A stretch of DNA of 64,000 nucleotides from Flavobacteriales bacterium (GTDB lineage: Bacteria > Bacteroidota > Bacteroidia > Flavobacteriales > Flavobacteriaceae). The stretch's first letter is position 1. Each line of letters opens with the position of its first letter. The stretch lies in contig JANNCY010000141.1 of assembly GCA_031387085.1 (NCBI GenBank), forward strand, positions 1,265 to 65,264, in the 5' to 3' direction. The position numbers and the translations under genes were made by a program. Shown here one piece after another: positions 8,925 through 19,797 of this stretch. The notes under the pieces were generated by a model. That model had not been told where the DNA came from. It saw only the letters and a program-made list of their open reading frames with translations, and searched no databases.

Positions 8925-9003
8925 TTAAATTTTTTTACTTAAATTTGCAAGGATTTGAGGTTAATAAATAGAAGTTTTTTTTACCTTGATTAACTATTTT
9001 TTT

Positions 9004-10044
9004 ATGAAAGAAGAAATAAAAGCGTACAATAATGTCTTGGAATTAATAGGAAATACGCCTATTATAAAACTTAACAAAGTTACTGAAGATTTAAAAGGAA
9101 ATTTTTATGCTAAAGTAGAAGCATTTAATCCGGGTCATTCAACAAAAGACAGAATTGCTTTATACATTATCGAAGAAGCAGAAAAACAAGGCATCTTATC
9201 CCCAGGAGACACCATCATCGAAACCACATCTGGAAACACTGGATTTAGTATTGCCATGGTTAGTATTATTAAAGGATACAACTGTATTTTAGCGGTAAGT
9301 TCCAAATCGTCAAAAGATAAAATTGATATGTTGCGTAGTCTTGGTGCAAAAGTTTATGTTTGTCCGGCACACGTAACTGCCGATGATGAGCGTTCGTACT
9401 ATAATGTAGCCAAACGTTTGCATGAAGAAACCAAAGGTTCAGTGTATATCAATCAGTATTTCAATCAATTAAATATTGACGCGCATTATATGACAACTGG
9501 TCCCGAAATTTGGGAGCAAACGCAAGGAAAAATTACACATTTAGTTTGTTGTAGCGGAACAGGTGGAACCATTTCGGGAGCTGCGAAATACTTAAAAGAA
9601 CAAAATCCAAAGATTAGAATTTTAGGAGTTGATGCTTTTGGTTCGGTATTAAAAAAGTACCATGAAACAAAAGAGTTCGATAACAAAGAAATTTATCCTT
9701 ACCGAATTGAAGGTTTAGGAAAGAACTTAATTCCAACTGCAACCGATTTCGATATCATCGACAAATTCATGAAAGTTACCGATGAAGAAAGTGCTCACGC
9801 TACTAGAGAATTGGTACGAAAAGAAGGATTGTTTGTGGGCTATACTTCGGGAGCTGTTTTACAAGCAATAAAACAATATGCAGAAGAGGGAGAGTTTAAT
9901 GAAAACAGTAATGTAATTGCAATTTTCCCAGATCATGGTTCGCGATACATGAGCAAAGTTTTTAGTGATGATTGGATGAACGAACAAGGATTTTTTGATA
10001 GCATTAATGCAGAAGAAGTTCAGAAAATTGAATTTATAAAATAG
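9004..10044 (+). CDS. PLP-dependent cysteine synthase / cystathionine beta-synthase family protein
   Basis: [22 protein letters not shown] and GTGGT motifs. ATG 9004 is preferred over the track's TTG 8986. TAAATTTG promoter at 8940-8947. Confidence 0.88.
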   Translation: MKEEIKAYNNVLELIGNTPIIKLNKVTEDLKGNFYAKVEAFNPGHSTKDRIALYIIEEAEKQGILSPGDTIIETTSGNTGFSIAMVSIIKGYNCILAVSSKSSKDKIDMLRSLGAKVYVCPAHVTADDERSYYNVAKRLHEETKGSVYINQYFNQLNIDAHYMTTGPEIWEQTQGKITHLVCCSGTGGTISGAAKYLKEQNPKIRILGVDAFGSVLKKYHETKEFDNKEIYPYRIEGLGKNLIPTATDFDIIDKFMKVTDEESAHATRELVRKEGLFVGYTSGAVLQAIKQYAEEGEFNENSNVIAIFPDHGSRYMSKVFSDDWMNEQGFFDSINAEEVQKIEFIK

Positions 10045-10219
10045 ACACGCTGCGCTTTTAGAAACGCCCTTCGGGCTTTAGATACGCTTCGCTTTTAGAT
10101 TGTTAGATATAAAAAAACTCCGAATATATTATTCGGAGTTTTTTTATTTATGTAGTCGGAAAATCTAACAATCCAAAAGCCGTACGCGCTTCCAAGAGCG
10201 AAGCGAATCTAACGATCTA
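10042..10219. repeat. 8-bp-period TTTTAGAT/AATCTAAC inverted array with GC-rich inserts, flanking a bidirectional terminator
   Basis: Left arm TTTAGA units are separated by ACGCTGCGCT, ACGCCCTTCGGGC and ACGCTTCGCT; the right arm has AATCTAAC units with an AGAGCGAAGCG insert. Confidence 0.75.
10111..10145. terminator. Bidirectional intrinsic terminator
   Basis: A7-CTCCGAATA-TAT-TATTCGGAG-T7 between convergent genes. Confidence 0.9.
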
Positions 10220-10927
10220 TTCCTCCATCGTATGATACACGTTCATCACGTCATCATCTTCTTCCATTTTTTCAATTAGCTTTTCAACGTCTGCCATTTC
10301 GGTCTCGGATAATTTTTTGGTTATTTGTGGAATACGTTCAAATCCAGATGATAAAATTTCAATATTGCGACTTTCCAATTCTTTCTGAATGGCGCCAAAA
10401 CTTCCGAAAGGAGCGTAGATCAAAATGCCGTCTTCATCAGCAAAAATTTCTTCTGCACCAAAATCGATGAACTCCAACTCCAATTCTTCAATATCAACAT
10501 TGTTATTCGGAATTCGGAAATTACACGTATGATCAAACATAAACTCAACAGAACCCTGCGTTCCCATCGTTCCGTTGCATTTATTAAAATAGCTTCTCAC
10601 GTTTGCAACCGTTCTGTTATTATTGTCGGTAGCCGTTTCAATTAAAAGTGCAATTCCGTGTGGTGCATAACCTTCAAATAATACTTCTTTGTAATTCGCA
10701 GTATCTTTATCAGTCGCTTTTTTAATGGCACGTTCTACGTTTTCTTTTGGCATGTTTGCCGCTTTGGCATTTTGCATTACGGCTCTTAAACGTGAATTGG
10801 CTTCCGGATTCGGACCGCCTTCTTTCACTGCCATTACAATATCTTTTCCAATACGTGTAAACGCTTTGGCCATTGCCGACCAACGTTTCATCTTTCTTCC
10901 TTTTCTAAATTCAAATGCTCTTCCCAT
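10217..10927 (-). CDS. YebC/PmpR family protein
   Basis: MGRAFE...GGPNPEANSRLR, NMPKENVERAI, EGYAPHG and TDNNNRT motifs; TATTTTTG promoter at 11004-10997. Confidence 0.95.
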   Translation of the reverse strand: MGRAFEFRKGRKMKRWSAMAKAFTRIGKDIVMAVKEGGPNPEANSRLRAVMQNAKAANMPKENVERAIKKATDKDTANYKEVLFEGYAPHGIALLIETATDNNNRTVANVRSYFNKCNGTMGTQGSVEFMFDHTCNFRIPNNNVDIEELELEFIDFGAEEIFADEDGILIYAPFGSFGAIQKELESRNIEILSSGFERIPQITKKLSETEMADVEKLIEKMEEDDDVMNVYHTMEE

Positions 10928-11045
10928 TTCTGTGTCTAACCTTACTAACTCAGGTTTATTTTTATTGGTTTAAACTTCTTTTACTTATTTGTGGTACAAA
11001 AATAAGTTATAATTCTTTTTTTACAAAGCTAATTTTAATTTCAAA

Positions 11046-12080
11046 TTATTCGTTGGGAACATGGTTTGAAATAAAAGCATCACCAACAGAATTCCAATTG
11101 TTTATCACGGTGTTTTTTTCCTGAAAATTAACATCGCCCAATTTGTTAAAATTGGAAACTTCTTTATTTATCTGCTTTACCATGGCATTAAAATTAGTTA
11201 CTTCTTCTTTGGTTCGATCACTTTCTGATTTTGATTCCATTGTTTTTTTTGCGTTTTCAAATTTGTCATTTAGCATTAAGAAGCTTACTACATTTGGAAC
11301 GTATTCTTTTGCTTGTTTTCTATAATATTCCAACGTTTTTTTGGTAGCATTGAGTATAGCAGCATCGCCATTGTACGGTTGGATAGTTTTTAATTTTGCC
11401 AAGCCTTCATCTGCATATTGTATAAGTGCATTTGCATTTTGCTGAATAGTACCTAAATCCCCTTTTTCAATAGCTTTTGATAAATTACCATCTGTGAAAT
11501 TTACCTTAAAGAAAATCAGATATAAAGCAGTATGATAATCAAATACTTCGTTAGAAATTTTAATTTTTTTACTCAGTTCACTGTCTGTATCCGATAATCT
11601 GATATTGTATTTTTGGGCAAAGGCCTTAAACGCCGTATTTGCTTTTTCGTTTTCTGAATCTAATTTGTCATTCACCAAATCTCTCATCAGTAAATAGGCT
11701 TCCATATCGTCATAGGAGTTTTCTGCCACTTCCTGCATATTGATAATCTTGTCGTATTCTTCGTTTAGGTTTTTTTCACAAAAGTCAAAATATTGAATCA
11801 CCTGATCTTTATACTCTGTATCGCCGTTGTATCCATTTTTTAAATCACCAATTTTCTTTTTTGCAGATTGAATACTTTTAATTAATTGCTTTCTGGTAAC
11901 ATCAATTCTTCGGGCACTTTTTGAATGAGCAACAGCAGAAGTGTATTTCCAAGTACTTTTAGAAATGTTGGTTTGTTCTTTATTGATGTAGGACAGATAA
12001 TCGGTTGGTGTTTTGAAATCTTGCGCAAAACTTATTGCGTTCATTGCAAAAAGGAGTAGAAAGAGTAGTTTTAATTTCAT
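11046..12080 (-). CDS. Secreted helical hypothetical protein
   Basis: 344 aa with a Sec signal (…AISFAQ); no motif recognised; starts 2 nt after the S41 peptidase stop. Confidence 0.75.
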   Translation of the reverse strand: MKLKLLFLLLFAMNAISFAQDFKTPTDYLSYINKEQTNISKSTWKYTSAVAHSKSARRIDVTRKQLIKSIQSAKKKIGDLKNGYNGDTEYKDQVIQYFDFCEKNLNEEYDKIINMQEVAENSYDDMEAYLLMRDLVNDKLDSENEKANTAFKAFAQKYNIRLSDTDSELSKKIKISNEVFDYHTALYLIFFKVNFTDGNLSKAIEKGDLGTIQQNANALIQYADEGLAKLKTIQPYNGDAAILNATKKTLEYYRKQAKEYVPNVVSFLMLNDKFENAKKTMESKSESDRTKEEVTNFNAMVKQINKEVSNFNKLGDVNFQEKNTVINNWNSVGDAFISNHVPNE

Positions 12081-12082
12081 GT

Positions 12083-14104
12083 TTAGTTAATTAAATCATT
12101 AATAATATTTGCAGCTTCAATAATATGGATGTTAGTCTTTATAGCTTTTATTTTTTCGATGTTATTGCTTTTCAAATACTCATCAAATTGTTGGTATTCT
12201 ATATCTATTTTATTGCGTTCGACACTAATAGGAAATTCAATTTCTGATTTCGATTTAATATCCGACCATAGAGTATTTACTTTATTTACTTCGACAAAAA
12301 CATCAGAAAACTGAAGTACGATAGGAGGTAAATCAGTATCATACAACGTATTGATTTTAGTATTTAAATCAATAATCGTTTTTATGGTTTCATTTTCCTT
12401 AAGTCTGTTTTTACTGTTTTCAATTGATTTTGATTTTAATTCATTTGTTAGCACAGTATACCGCAATGTTGATTGTATTTCATCACTTTTTAATGCTGTT
12501 TTATTTGCGCTTTCCCTTGGCATTTGTTTGTCAAACAACAATGGAATTTCAATGTCGGGTGTAATACCAATAGTTTGATTGCTTTTTCCTGTAATTCTGT
12601 AAAATTTTTCGAGTGTAATTTTTATAAATTCACTAGGGTTTTTATCATCCGTCAATGGGAAAATACGTTGCATTGATGCTTTACCATAAGATTGATTTCC
12701 AACCACGATGGCGCGATTATAATCTTGCATGGCATTCGTAAAAAACTCACTTGCTGATGCAGAAAATCCATTAATTAATATGACTATTGGACCTGAATAA
12801 ATAGTACCTCGATTAGGATCTCTTATAGTTTCTTTTTGTTTTTCATGATTATCCATTATGGCTAAAGGTCCGATATCGATAAACAATCCCGCCATATTTA
12901 TGGCTTCATCCATAGAACCACCACCGTTATTTTCTAAATCGATTATTAAACCATCAATTTTATCTCCCTGAAGTTTGATTATTTCTTTTGCTAAATCATC
13001 ACTTACGTTGGTCTTTCCGTTTTCAAACTTCCCGTAAAAACTGGGAATTCGAATGTAACCCGATTTTTTATTGTCTTTCTCAATAATATAACTGTACAGA
13101 TTATTTTCGTAATCTTTCATTATTTTCTTAATCAAACTAACAGAATAGATTTCACCACTTTTTTTTCGCAATGTAAAATCAGCTTTTTTATAATCACTGG
13201 AGCTGATGATTTCCTCAATTTTTTTCATCGAAGAACAGGCAATTTCATATTCGTCATCATTAATGCTGATTTTTACAATCTGATCACCGATATCAATTTT
13301 TTTAGAAAAATAGGCCGAACTACCCGGAATTATTTCATCTACTGCGATTTCATCTTTTTCCGTAAGGGAAACATACATTCCAAAAGTTAAATTATCGGCG
13401 CTTACACCAGCTAAAAAAGCAGCTTTTTCATTTTCAGAAAAGTAATCGGTGTGTGGATCAAAATAAGAACAAAAGGAAGAAAATAATTTGGCTTCAAATT
13501 CCTTTCTTGTGAATTGTAATTCAGAAGATTTGCAACTGTACTTATCCAGAATTTTAATCTTGGATAGCTTCGCTAATTTTTCGAAATTAGTCACTATGGA
13601 ATCTTTATTTTTACTTATTTCCGCCACATCCTTTAAAACATCAAACAAAGCTCTTTTTTTATAAAGGTGTTTTAATTCCGTTTCATTTTTTAAAAAAGGA
13701 AATGATTTCTTCGAGAATATTACTTTTTCATCACTACTAAATAGGAACGGCTCTGCTTTTATACTTTCGATGATAGTAGCATAACGGTTAATTGCTTTGT
13801 TATAGGCCAGATAAAAATCATTTACAAAGCTACAATCTTTTTCAAGAAGGGAATTATCAATAGTATATTGATGCTTTTTTAATTCGTTGATTTCGGGTTC
13901 TAGAAACAATCGATTTTCTTCGTCGAGAACTTCTAAAAAAGTTTTAAAAACATAAACGGAGAGGCTGTCATCAACTGCTTTTGGTCGGTAATGTTGTTCC
14001 TGAAGTAAATTATTGATTCTTGTCAAGGTTTCACAAGTCGCTTTATCACTCTGAGCGAAAGTAAATAAAGGAAGGAAAGCAATTAATAAGAATTGTTTTT
14101 TCAA
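12083..14104 (-). CDS. Carboxy-terminal processing peptidase (S41A/Prc-like, PDZ)
   Basis: DPHTDYF, GYIRIPSFY, IIDLENNGGGS, SASASE and SYGKASMQ motifs. Confidence 0.9.
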   Translation of the reverse strand: MKKQFLLIAFLPLFTFAQSDKATCETLTRINNLLQEQHYRPKAVDDSLSVYVFKTFLEVLDEENRLFLEPEINELKKHQYTIDNSLLEKDCSFVNDFYLAYNKAINRYATIIESIKAEPFLFSSDEKVIFSKKSFPFLKNETELKHLYKKRALFDVLKDVAEISKNKDSIVTNFEKLAKLSKIKILDKYSCKSSELQFTRKEFEAKLFSSFCSYFDPHTDYFSENEKAAFLAGVSADNLTFGMYVSLTEKDEIAVDEIIPGSSAYFSKKIDIGDQIVKISINDDEYEIACSSMKKIEEIISSSDYKKADFTLRKKSGEIYSVSLIKKIMKDYENNLYSYIIEKDNKKSGYIRIPSFYGKFENGKTNVSDDLAKEIIKLQGDKIDGLIIDLENNGGGSMDEAINMAGLFIDIGPLAIMDNHEKQKETIRDPNRGTIYSGPIVILINGFSASASEFFTNAMQDYNRAIVVGNQSYGKASMQRIFPLTDDKNPSEFIKITLEKFYRITGKSNQTIGITPDIEIPLLFDKQMPRESANKTALKSDEIQSTLRYTVLTNELKSKSIENSKNRLKENETIKTIIDLNTKINTLYDTDLPPIVLQFSDVFVEVNKVNTLWSDIKSKSEIEFPISVERNKIDIEYQQFDEYLKSNNIEKIKAIKTNIHIIEAANIINDLIN

Positions 14105-14109
14105 GACGA

Positions 14110-15192
14110 TTATTTTTTATAAAACGGCAGTTTCACCACTTTAGCAGCTACTTTATTATTTCGTATTTGGATAAAAATGTCACTGTCAACAGCTGCGAAA
14201 TCGGTTTTTACATAACCCATTCCAATTCCTTTTCCAAGAGATGGCGCCATAGTTCCCGAAGTTACTATTCCAATGTTATTCCCATCAGCATCAACAATTT
14301 CATAATCGTGACGCGGAATTCCTCTTTCGGTTAATTCAAATCCGATTAATTTTTTGGTAACACCGGCTTCTTTTTGTTTTTTCAAATTCTCCCAATTGGT
14401 AAATTCTTTGGTGAATTTTGTTATCCAACCCAATCCAGCTTCAAGTGGCGAAGTGGTATCGTTAATATCATTTCCGTACAGGCAGAATCCCATTTCCAAA
14501 CGCAAGGTATCACGAGCTGCTAATCCGACAGGTTTTATTCCGAATGATTTTCCTGCTTCAAAAACTTTATTCCACACTTGTTCTACATCTGAATTCTTGC
14601 AATAAATTTCAAATCCACCTGAACCAGTATAACCCGTTGCAGAAATAATTACGTGTTCAATTCCGGCAAAATCGGCAACTTCAAAATGGTAATATTTAAT
14701 AGCAGACAAATCGATTGACGTTAACGATTGCATAGCTTCAACGGCTTTTGGACCTTGAATAGCAAGCAATGAATAGTCTTCTGAAATATTTCGCATTTCG
14801 GCACCAACAGTATTGTGTGATGAAATCCAATTCCAATCTTTATCAATATTGGAAGCATTTACTACCAATAAATATTGCTCTTCTTTAATTTTGTAAACGA
14901 TTAAATCATCTACAATTCCGCCTTCATTATTAGGAAGACACGAATATTGTGCTTTACCAATTTCCAATGTTGACGCATCGTTGGATGTCACTTTTTGAAT
15001 CAAATCCAATGCTGTTGCGCCAGATATTAAAAACTCGCCCATATGCGAAACATCAAAAACGCCAACGCTATTTCGAACCGTTTCATGTTCGGCATTTACG
15101 CCTTCGTATTGAACCGGCATATTGTAACCTGCAAACGGAACCATTTTTGCTCCCAAACTTTCGTGAATGTGAGTTAAAGCTGTATTTTTCAT
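14110..15192 (-). CDS. gcvT: Glycine cleavage system aminomethyltransferase T
   Basis: [28 protein letters not shown] and [13 protein letters not shown] motifs. Confidence 0.97.
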   Translation of the reverse strand: MKNTALTHIHESLGAKMVPFAGYNMPVQYEGVNAEHETVRNSVGVFDVSHMGEFLISGATALDLIQKVTSNDASTLEIGKAQYSCLPNNEGGIVDDLIVYKIKEEQYLLVVNASNIDKDWNWISSHNTVGAEMRNISEDYSLLAIQGPKAVEAMQSLTSIDLSAIKYYHFEVADFAGIEHVIISATGYTGSGGFEIYCKNSDVEQVWNKVFEAGKSFGIKPVGLAARDTLRLEMGFCLYGNDINDTTSPLEAGLGWITKFTKEFTNWENLKKQKEAGVTKKLIGFELTERGIPRHDYEIVDADGNNIGIVTSGTMAPSLGKGIGMGYVKTDFAAVDSDIFIQIRNNKVAAKVVKLPFYKK

Positions 15193-15379
15193 TGGTAAAA
15201 GATATAAAATTAAAGCGGTAAATTTATTTAAAAATTATTAAAATAATTAGTATAAATAGAATTATAAATGGCATTCTTATAATAAATTGGTTTCATTTTG
15301 TACTATTTGATAAAAGTTGTGTTTCTTTAACTAAAAAACTTTTTTCCCATTTGTCAAAAAAGTATATTTACAACTTTGC

Positions 15380-16543
15380 TTGAAATGGATTAATGTTATT
15401 AAAATGAATTCGGAAACACCTACAATACCTTCAGAAAAACCAACAAAAATTATTGAACCCCAACTCAATATTATTTTAACTACCGATGAAGATGATGAGC
15501 GACCCGTTTATATTTCGGGGAATTTTAATACTTGGATAACACAAGATAAGAAGTTTGAAATGGAAAAAGTAGGTCAAGGACTTTATCATTTTAAGTTTGA
15601 TGCTGATTTTGTATATCCCGACGAGATGCAGTATAAGTTTACCAGAGGCGATTGGAGTGAAGTTGAAATTGACAAATATGGCAATCGTACTGAAAATCGA
15701 ATTTGTAAGCAAAAAAATGGTGTAAAAAAAGAACATGTGGCAAAATGGCGTCACAATTGGCTTCCGTTTAAATCTAATTTTTTACCAAAAGTGCATTTGA
15801 TTTCGGAAGAATTTGAGATTCCACAGTTGAATAAAACACGAAGAGTTTGGGCATTATTGCCGCATGATTACGATTCTTCGTCTGAAAGTTATCCGGTTTT
15901 ATATCTTCAAGATGCACAGAATTTATTCAATGAAAAAGCCAAATTCGGCAATTGGGAAATTGATAAAAAGCTGGCTGTAATGGCAGAATACAACATCGGT
16001 AAAATTATTATTATTGCTGTTGAACATGCCGAAAAAGAACGCATTAAAGAATACAATGTGGGAAATACAGTTTTAGGAAGTGGGCAAGGAAAAAAATACA
16101 TTCGTTTTTTGACCGATACGTTAAAACCATTTATAGATGAAAATTTCAGGACCAAAACCGAACGAGAACACACCGGAATAGGAGGGAGTTCGATGGGTGG
16201 ATTGGTGAGTATTTTCTCTGGAATCATGTATCCAGAAGTATTTGGAAAATTGATGATCTTTTCGCCATCATTATGGGTGGTTCCAAAAATTAAATTGTCG
16301 ATTCTCGATATTGATGAAACGCAAGATACTCGAGTGTATTTATATGCTGGCGGAGATGAAAGCGCCACCATGGTTGAGCATGTTCAAACCTTTAAAAAGC
16401 GTTTGCATAAAAAAGATGTTTTCACCGATAAAATGAAAATTAGGTTGAGTATTAATATGGAAGGAAAACACAATGAAGTGTATTGGAGTGATGAATTTCC
16501 GAAAGCAATTGAATGGTTGTTTTTTAGCAATAAAGAAGAGTAA
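15380..16543 (+). CDS. Alpha/beta-hydrolase esterase with an N-terminal starch-binding (CBM20/CBM48-like) domain
   Basis: N-terminal VYISGNFNTW...YKFTRGDW; YPVLYLQDAQN and GGSSMGG esterase motifs. True start may be ATG 15404. Confidence 0.75.
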   Translation: MKWINVIKMNSETPTIPSEKPTKIIEPQLNIILTTDEDDERPVYISGNFNTWITQDKKFEMEKVGQGLYHFKFDADFVYPDEMQYKFTRGDWSEVEIDKYGNRTENRICKQKNGVKKEHVAKWRHNWLPFKSNFLPKVHLISEEFEIPQLNKTRRVWALLPHDYDSSSESYPVLYLQDAQNLFNEKAKFGNWEIDKKLAVMAEYNIGKIIIIAVEHAEKERIKEYNVGNTVLGSGQGKKYIRFLTDTLKPFIDENFRTKTEREHTGIGGSSMGGLVSIFSGIMYPEVFGKLMIFSPSLWVVPKIKLSILDIDETQDTRVYLYAGGDESATMVEHVQTFKKRLHKKDVFTDKMKIRLSINMEGKHNEVYWSDEFPKAIEWLFFSNKEE

Positions 16544-16559
16544 TATAAATTTTAAGTAA

Positions 16560-17972
16560 ATGAAAATTAATTATATAGAGACATTTATATCTAAAGATAG
16601 TTTAGTTATTATTCCGATAGAAGAAACAGAAAAGGAAGTTCAGTTTCAAGACATTGTAGTAACGTCAAAATTGTTTTCAGGTAAAAAAGATTCGCATTAC
16701 ATCATTGAAAAAAAAGGAACGCACTTTCTGTTTTTAGGTTTGGGAAAATCACCCGATTATAAAACGATTAAAACGTCTTTTAGAAGAACAGCATCTAAGC
16801 AAGGTCCTTATTTTGAAACCGCAGCAACAATTGTGTTTTCTAAAGATTTTACAAAAGATTTTGTGGAAGCTGCCATTTCCGGATTGGTTTTAGGAACCTA
16901 TAAATTAGGTCATTACAAAAAAGAAAAAGAGGTTCATTCTTTATCCAATGCCGATTTTAGTTTGACAATTGTCAGTAATTCCGATTTAAAAAGCGCCGTT
17001 GAAAAGGGAATCAAAATCGCTTCTGCGCAATTACAAACCTATAAATTGGTCGATTTACCTTCGAATAAAGTTACGCCAAGCTACCTGTCCAATTGGGCAA
17101 TAACGATGGGAAACAAATATGATTTTTCTGTTGAAGTCTTTGATAGAGCGAAATCTAATGCTTTTGGGTTGGATGCTTTTCTGGCAGTTGGTCAAGGAAG
17201 TGTGCAAGAACCGCAATTCATTATCATGGATTACCATCCAGCCAATGCGAATAAACACGTTGGTTTAGTTGGAAAAGGAATCACTTTTGACACCGGCGGA
17301 TTGAACATCAAAGTAGCCGGAATGGTACACATGAAATGCGATATGGCTGGAGGTGCTGCCGTATTGGGTGCGATGCAATTGATAGCCGATTTGAAATTAC
17401 CACACCGCGTGACTGCGATTGTACCAGCTTGTGAGAATTCGGTTGATGCCAAGTCTTTTGTGCCAAGCGATGTGATTCAGAGTTACCACGGAAGTTCTAT
17501 CGAAATTATTGATACCGATGCCGAAGGACGATTAATTCTTGCCGATGGTTTGTCGTATTTAATCAAAAATTACAATCCAGAAACGGTTATCGATATTGCC
17601 ACTTTAACAGGAAGTAGTGTCGCTACTTTGGGTTATGAATGTGGTGCTTTGTTTACCAATAATGACAATTTATCCAAAAAATTACAACAGTCTGGTGATG
17701 CTATTGGGGAACGTTTATGGCAATTGCCTTTGTGGGATGCTTATAAATCGGATATTGATAGTGAAATTGCAGATGTTAAAAACTATTCAGGAAAGCCAGT
17801 AGCCGGAGCGATTTCTGCTGCTAAATTCTTAGAACATTTTACCGACAATCATTCGGCTTGGGCACATCTTGATGTTGCTGGAGTTTCTTTTGTAGATGAT
17901 GAATTTGCAAAAACCAAACATGCTTCGGCATTCGGAGTGCATTTAATTACTAAATTTATTGAAAATCTATAG
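16560..17972 (+). CDS. M17 leucyl aminopeptidase family protein
   Basis: VGKGITFDTGG, MKCDMAGGA, TDAEGRLILAD and WAHLDVAG motifs. Confidence 0.93.
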   Translation: MKINYIETFISKDSLVIIPIEETEKEVQFQDIVVTSKLFSGKKDSHYIIEKKGTHFLFLGLGKSPDYKTIKTSFRRTASKQGPYFETAATIVFSKDFTKDFVEAAISGLVLGTYKLGHYKKEKEVHSLSNADFSLTIVSNSDLKSAVEKGIKIASAQLQTYKLVDLPSNKVTPSYLSNWAITMGNKYDFSVEVFDRAKSNAFGLDAFLAVGQGSVQEPQFIIMDYHPANANKHVGLVGKGITFDTGGLNIKVAGMVHMKCDMAGGAAVLGAMQLIADLKLPHRVTAIVPACENSVDAKSFVPSDVIQSYHGSSIEIIDTDAEGRLILADGLSYLIKNYNPETVIDIATLTGSSVATLGYECGALFTNNDNLSKKLQQSGDAIGERLWQLPLWDAYKSDIDSEIADVKNYSGKPVAGAISAAKFLEHFTDNHSAWAHLDVAGVSFVDDEFAKTKHASAFGVHLITKFIENL

Positions 17973-17975
17973 CGT

Positions 17976-19193
17976 ATGGAAAGTCAAATCAAAAACTACA
18001 TCTGTGTTTCCAATTATTTTAAAGGAAATGATTTTTTAATTAATCTCAAAAAATTAGGCAATCGCGTGTATTTAATTACGTCGGAAAAACTGCGCGATAA
18101 ACCATGGGCTTTTGATTATATTGATGAGATATTTTTTATGCCCGGTCAAGATGTCGATTGGAATTTAGACGATTTACTTAACGGTGTGGCTGGATTAATG
18201 CGTCATAAAAAGATTGATGGTATCATAGCGTTGGATGATTTTGATGTGGAAAAAGCAACTTACCTTCGAGAAAATCTTCGTATGCCAGGAATGGGACAAA
18301 CCACAGGTCGTTACTTTAGAGATAAATTGGCGATGCGTATGAAAGCAAAAGAGGAAGGTGTTCCAATTCCGGCTTTTAGTTCTTTGTTTAATGATGAAGA
18401 GATCAATCATTTTGCTGATAATGTTACTGCACCTTGGGTTTTGAAACCGCGTTCTGAAGCTTCAGCATCTGGAATTATGAAAGTGCATTCTAAAGAAGAT
18501 CTTTGGCAAAAAATCCATGAATTGGGAGATAATCGTATTAAATATTTAGTAGAACAATTCAAACCCGGAGCGGTGTATCATTGCGATGGCATCAATTGGA
18601 AAGGAAAAGTGTTGTTTAGTTTAACATCACAATATCTAGCAACTCCGATGGAAATTTCACAAGGTGGAGGTATTTTTAGAAGTGCCAACATTCCGTATGA
18701 TTCCGCTGATGATAAAGCGATTAAAAAAGTCAACGAGCAAGTAATGAAAGCATTCGGAATGCAACATGGAGCGACGCATACCGAATTTATCAAATGCAAT
18801 GAAGACGGGAAAATTTACTTCTTAGAAACCGCATCAAGAGTAGGAGGTGCACATCTTGCCGAAATGGTGGAAGCCGCATCGAATATCAATTTATGGGGAG
18901 AATGGGCAAAAGTAGAAGATGCTTTAGCAAGAGGAATCGAATACAAATTACCCAAAACTAAAAAAGGTTTTGCCGGAATAGTCTTGACTTTATCCAAATT
19001 TGAAAATCCGGATTTAACTGGTTTTAATGATTCAGAAGTTTGTTTTAGTGTTCCTTTGGCTTATCATGCTGGATTGATTGTAAAATGTGATGATAATTCA
19101 CGAGTTCGCGAATTATTAGATGATTATGCAGATCGTTTGGTTCGTGATTTTGCGACTTCTGCACAGCAAGTTGAAGTTAAAAAGTTGCATTGA
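17976..19193 (+). CDS. ATP-grasp ligase of unknown substrate
   Basis: FRDKLAMR, PWVLKPRSEASASG, LVEQF and THTEF...FLETASRVGG motifs. Confidence 0.85.
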   Translation: MESQIKNYICVSNYFKGNDFLINLKKLGNRVYLITSEKLRDKPWAFDYIDEIFFMPGQDVDWNLDDLLNGVAGLMRHKKIDGIIALDDFDVEKATYLRENLRMPGMGQTTGRYFRDKLAMRMKAKEEGVPIPAFSSLFNDEEINHFADNVTAPWVLKPRSEASASGIMKVHSKEDLWQKIHELGDNRIKYLVEQFKPGAVYHCDGINWKGKVLFSLTSQYLATPMEISQGGGIFRSANIPYDSADDKAIKKVNEQVMKAFGMQHGATHTEFIKCNEDGKIYFLETASRVGGAHLAEMVEAASNINLWGEWAKVEDALARGIEYKLPKTKKGFAGIVLTLSKFENPDLTGFNDSEVCFSVPLAYHAGLIVKCDDNSRVRELLDDYADRLVRDFATSAQQVEVKKLH

Positions 19194-19575
19194 TTGTGAT
19201 TTTGGAAGCTTGCTAAAATCTGGTCCGTCTTTAATAAAATTTTATATTAACTGTAAAGCTATATATGGAAATATTAATGATTCTGATATCAGTGATGATG
19301 TTTATTGTAAAGTTGTAAATTTTGAAATTGCATTACGAATGCATGCAAATAATGACAGTCTACTTAATAATCAAGAGGATTTAATTGATGTAATTAATAA
19401 ATTATGCTCCTTTAAAAATCTTCCACAAACTGAAACTGATAAATTACAGAAAGGAAGAGTTTTTTTAAACATGATAAAGCATAACAAAAAACAATTTCCA
19501 TCTTGGGCTGAAGGAATAAAATCTTTTGAAGAAGCATATGAAATCTTAATGAAAAACAAATTTAATATACTATAA
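19194..19575 (+). pseudogene. 5'-truncated hypothetical ORF, first cassette-like unit
   Basis: About 127 protein-like codons with no convincing start of their own; the track ORF start at 19120 lies inside the ATP-grasp gene in another frame. Followed by an attC-like repeat. Confidence 0.5.
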
Positions 19576-19591
19576 CATTTAGAATAACTGA

Positions 19592-19725
19592 TGGTAACAG
19601 CGGTTACATTCAATTGCTACGACTTATAGTAATGGAAAAATAAATTTTCCATTACTTCGTATTTTCCTGCGGAAAATACTCGCGTCTAAAAGCCGCAATG
19701 GAAATGTAGCCGCAAAACGTTGTGC
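19592..19725 (+). mobile_element. attC-like palindromic cassette-junction element 1
   Basis: TGGTAAC-A-GCGGTTACATTCAATTGC ... GCAATGGAAATGTAGCCGC-AAAAC-GTTGTGC. Internal hairpins AGTAATGGAAAA/TTTTCCATTACT and GTATTTTCC/GGAAAATAC. Confidence 0.65.
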
Positions 19726-19797
19726 GTCATTTTCCATGACTGAAAACTGAAAAGCAATAAACAAATAGAAATCTAAATAAACTTAATTTAAATCATT

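Noticed and set aside
15193-15379. Possible glycine riboswitch upstream of gcvT
   Set aside because: The region is almost entirely A/T, with no GGAGA/CAGG aptamer motifs or stems.
19120-19193. Track start of the 151-aa ORF
   Set aside because: The first 25 codons are an off-frame reading of the ATP-grasp 3' end; only the part after 19193 looks like real protein.
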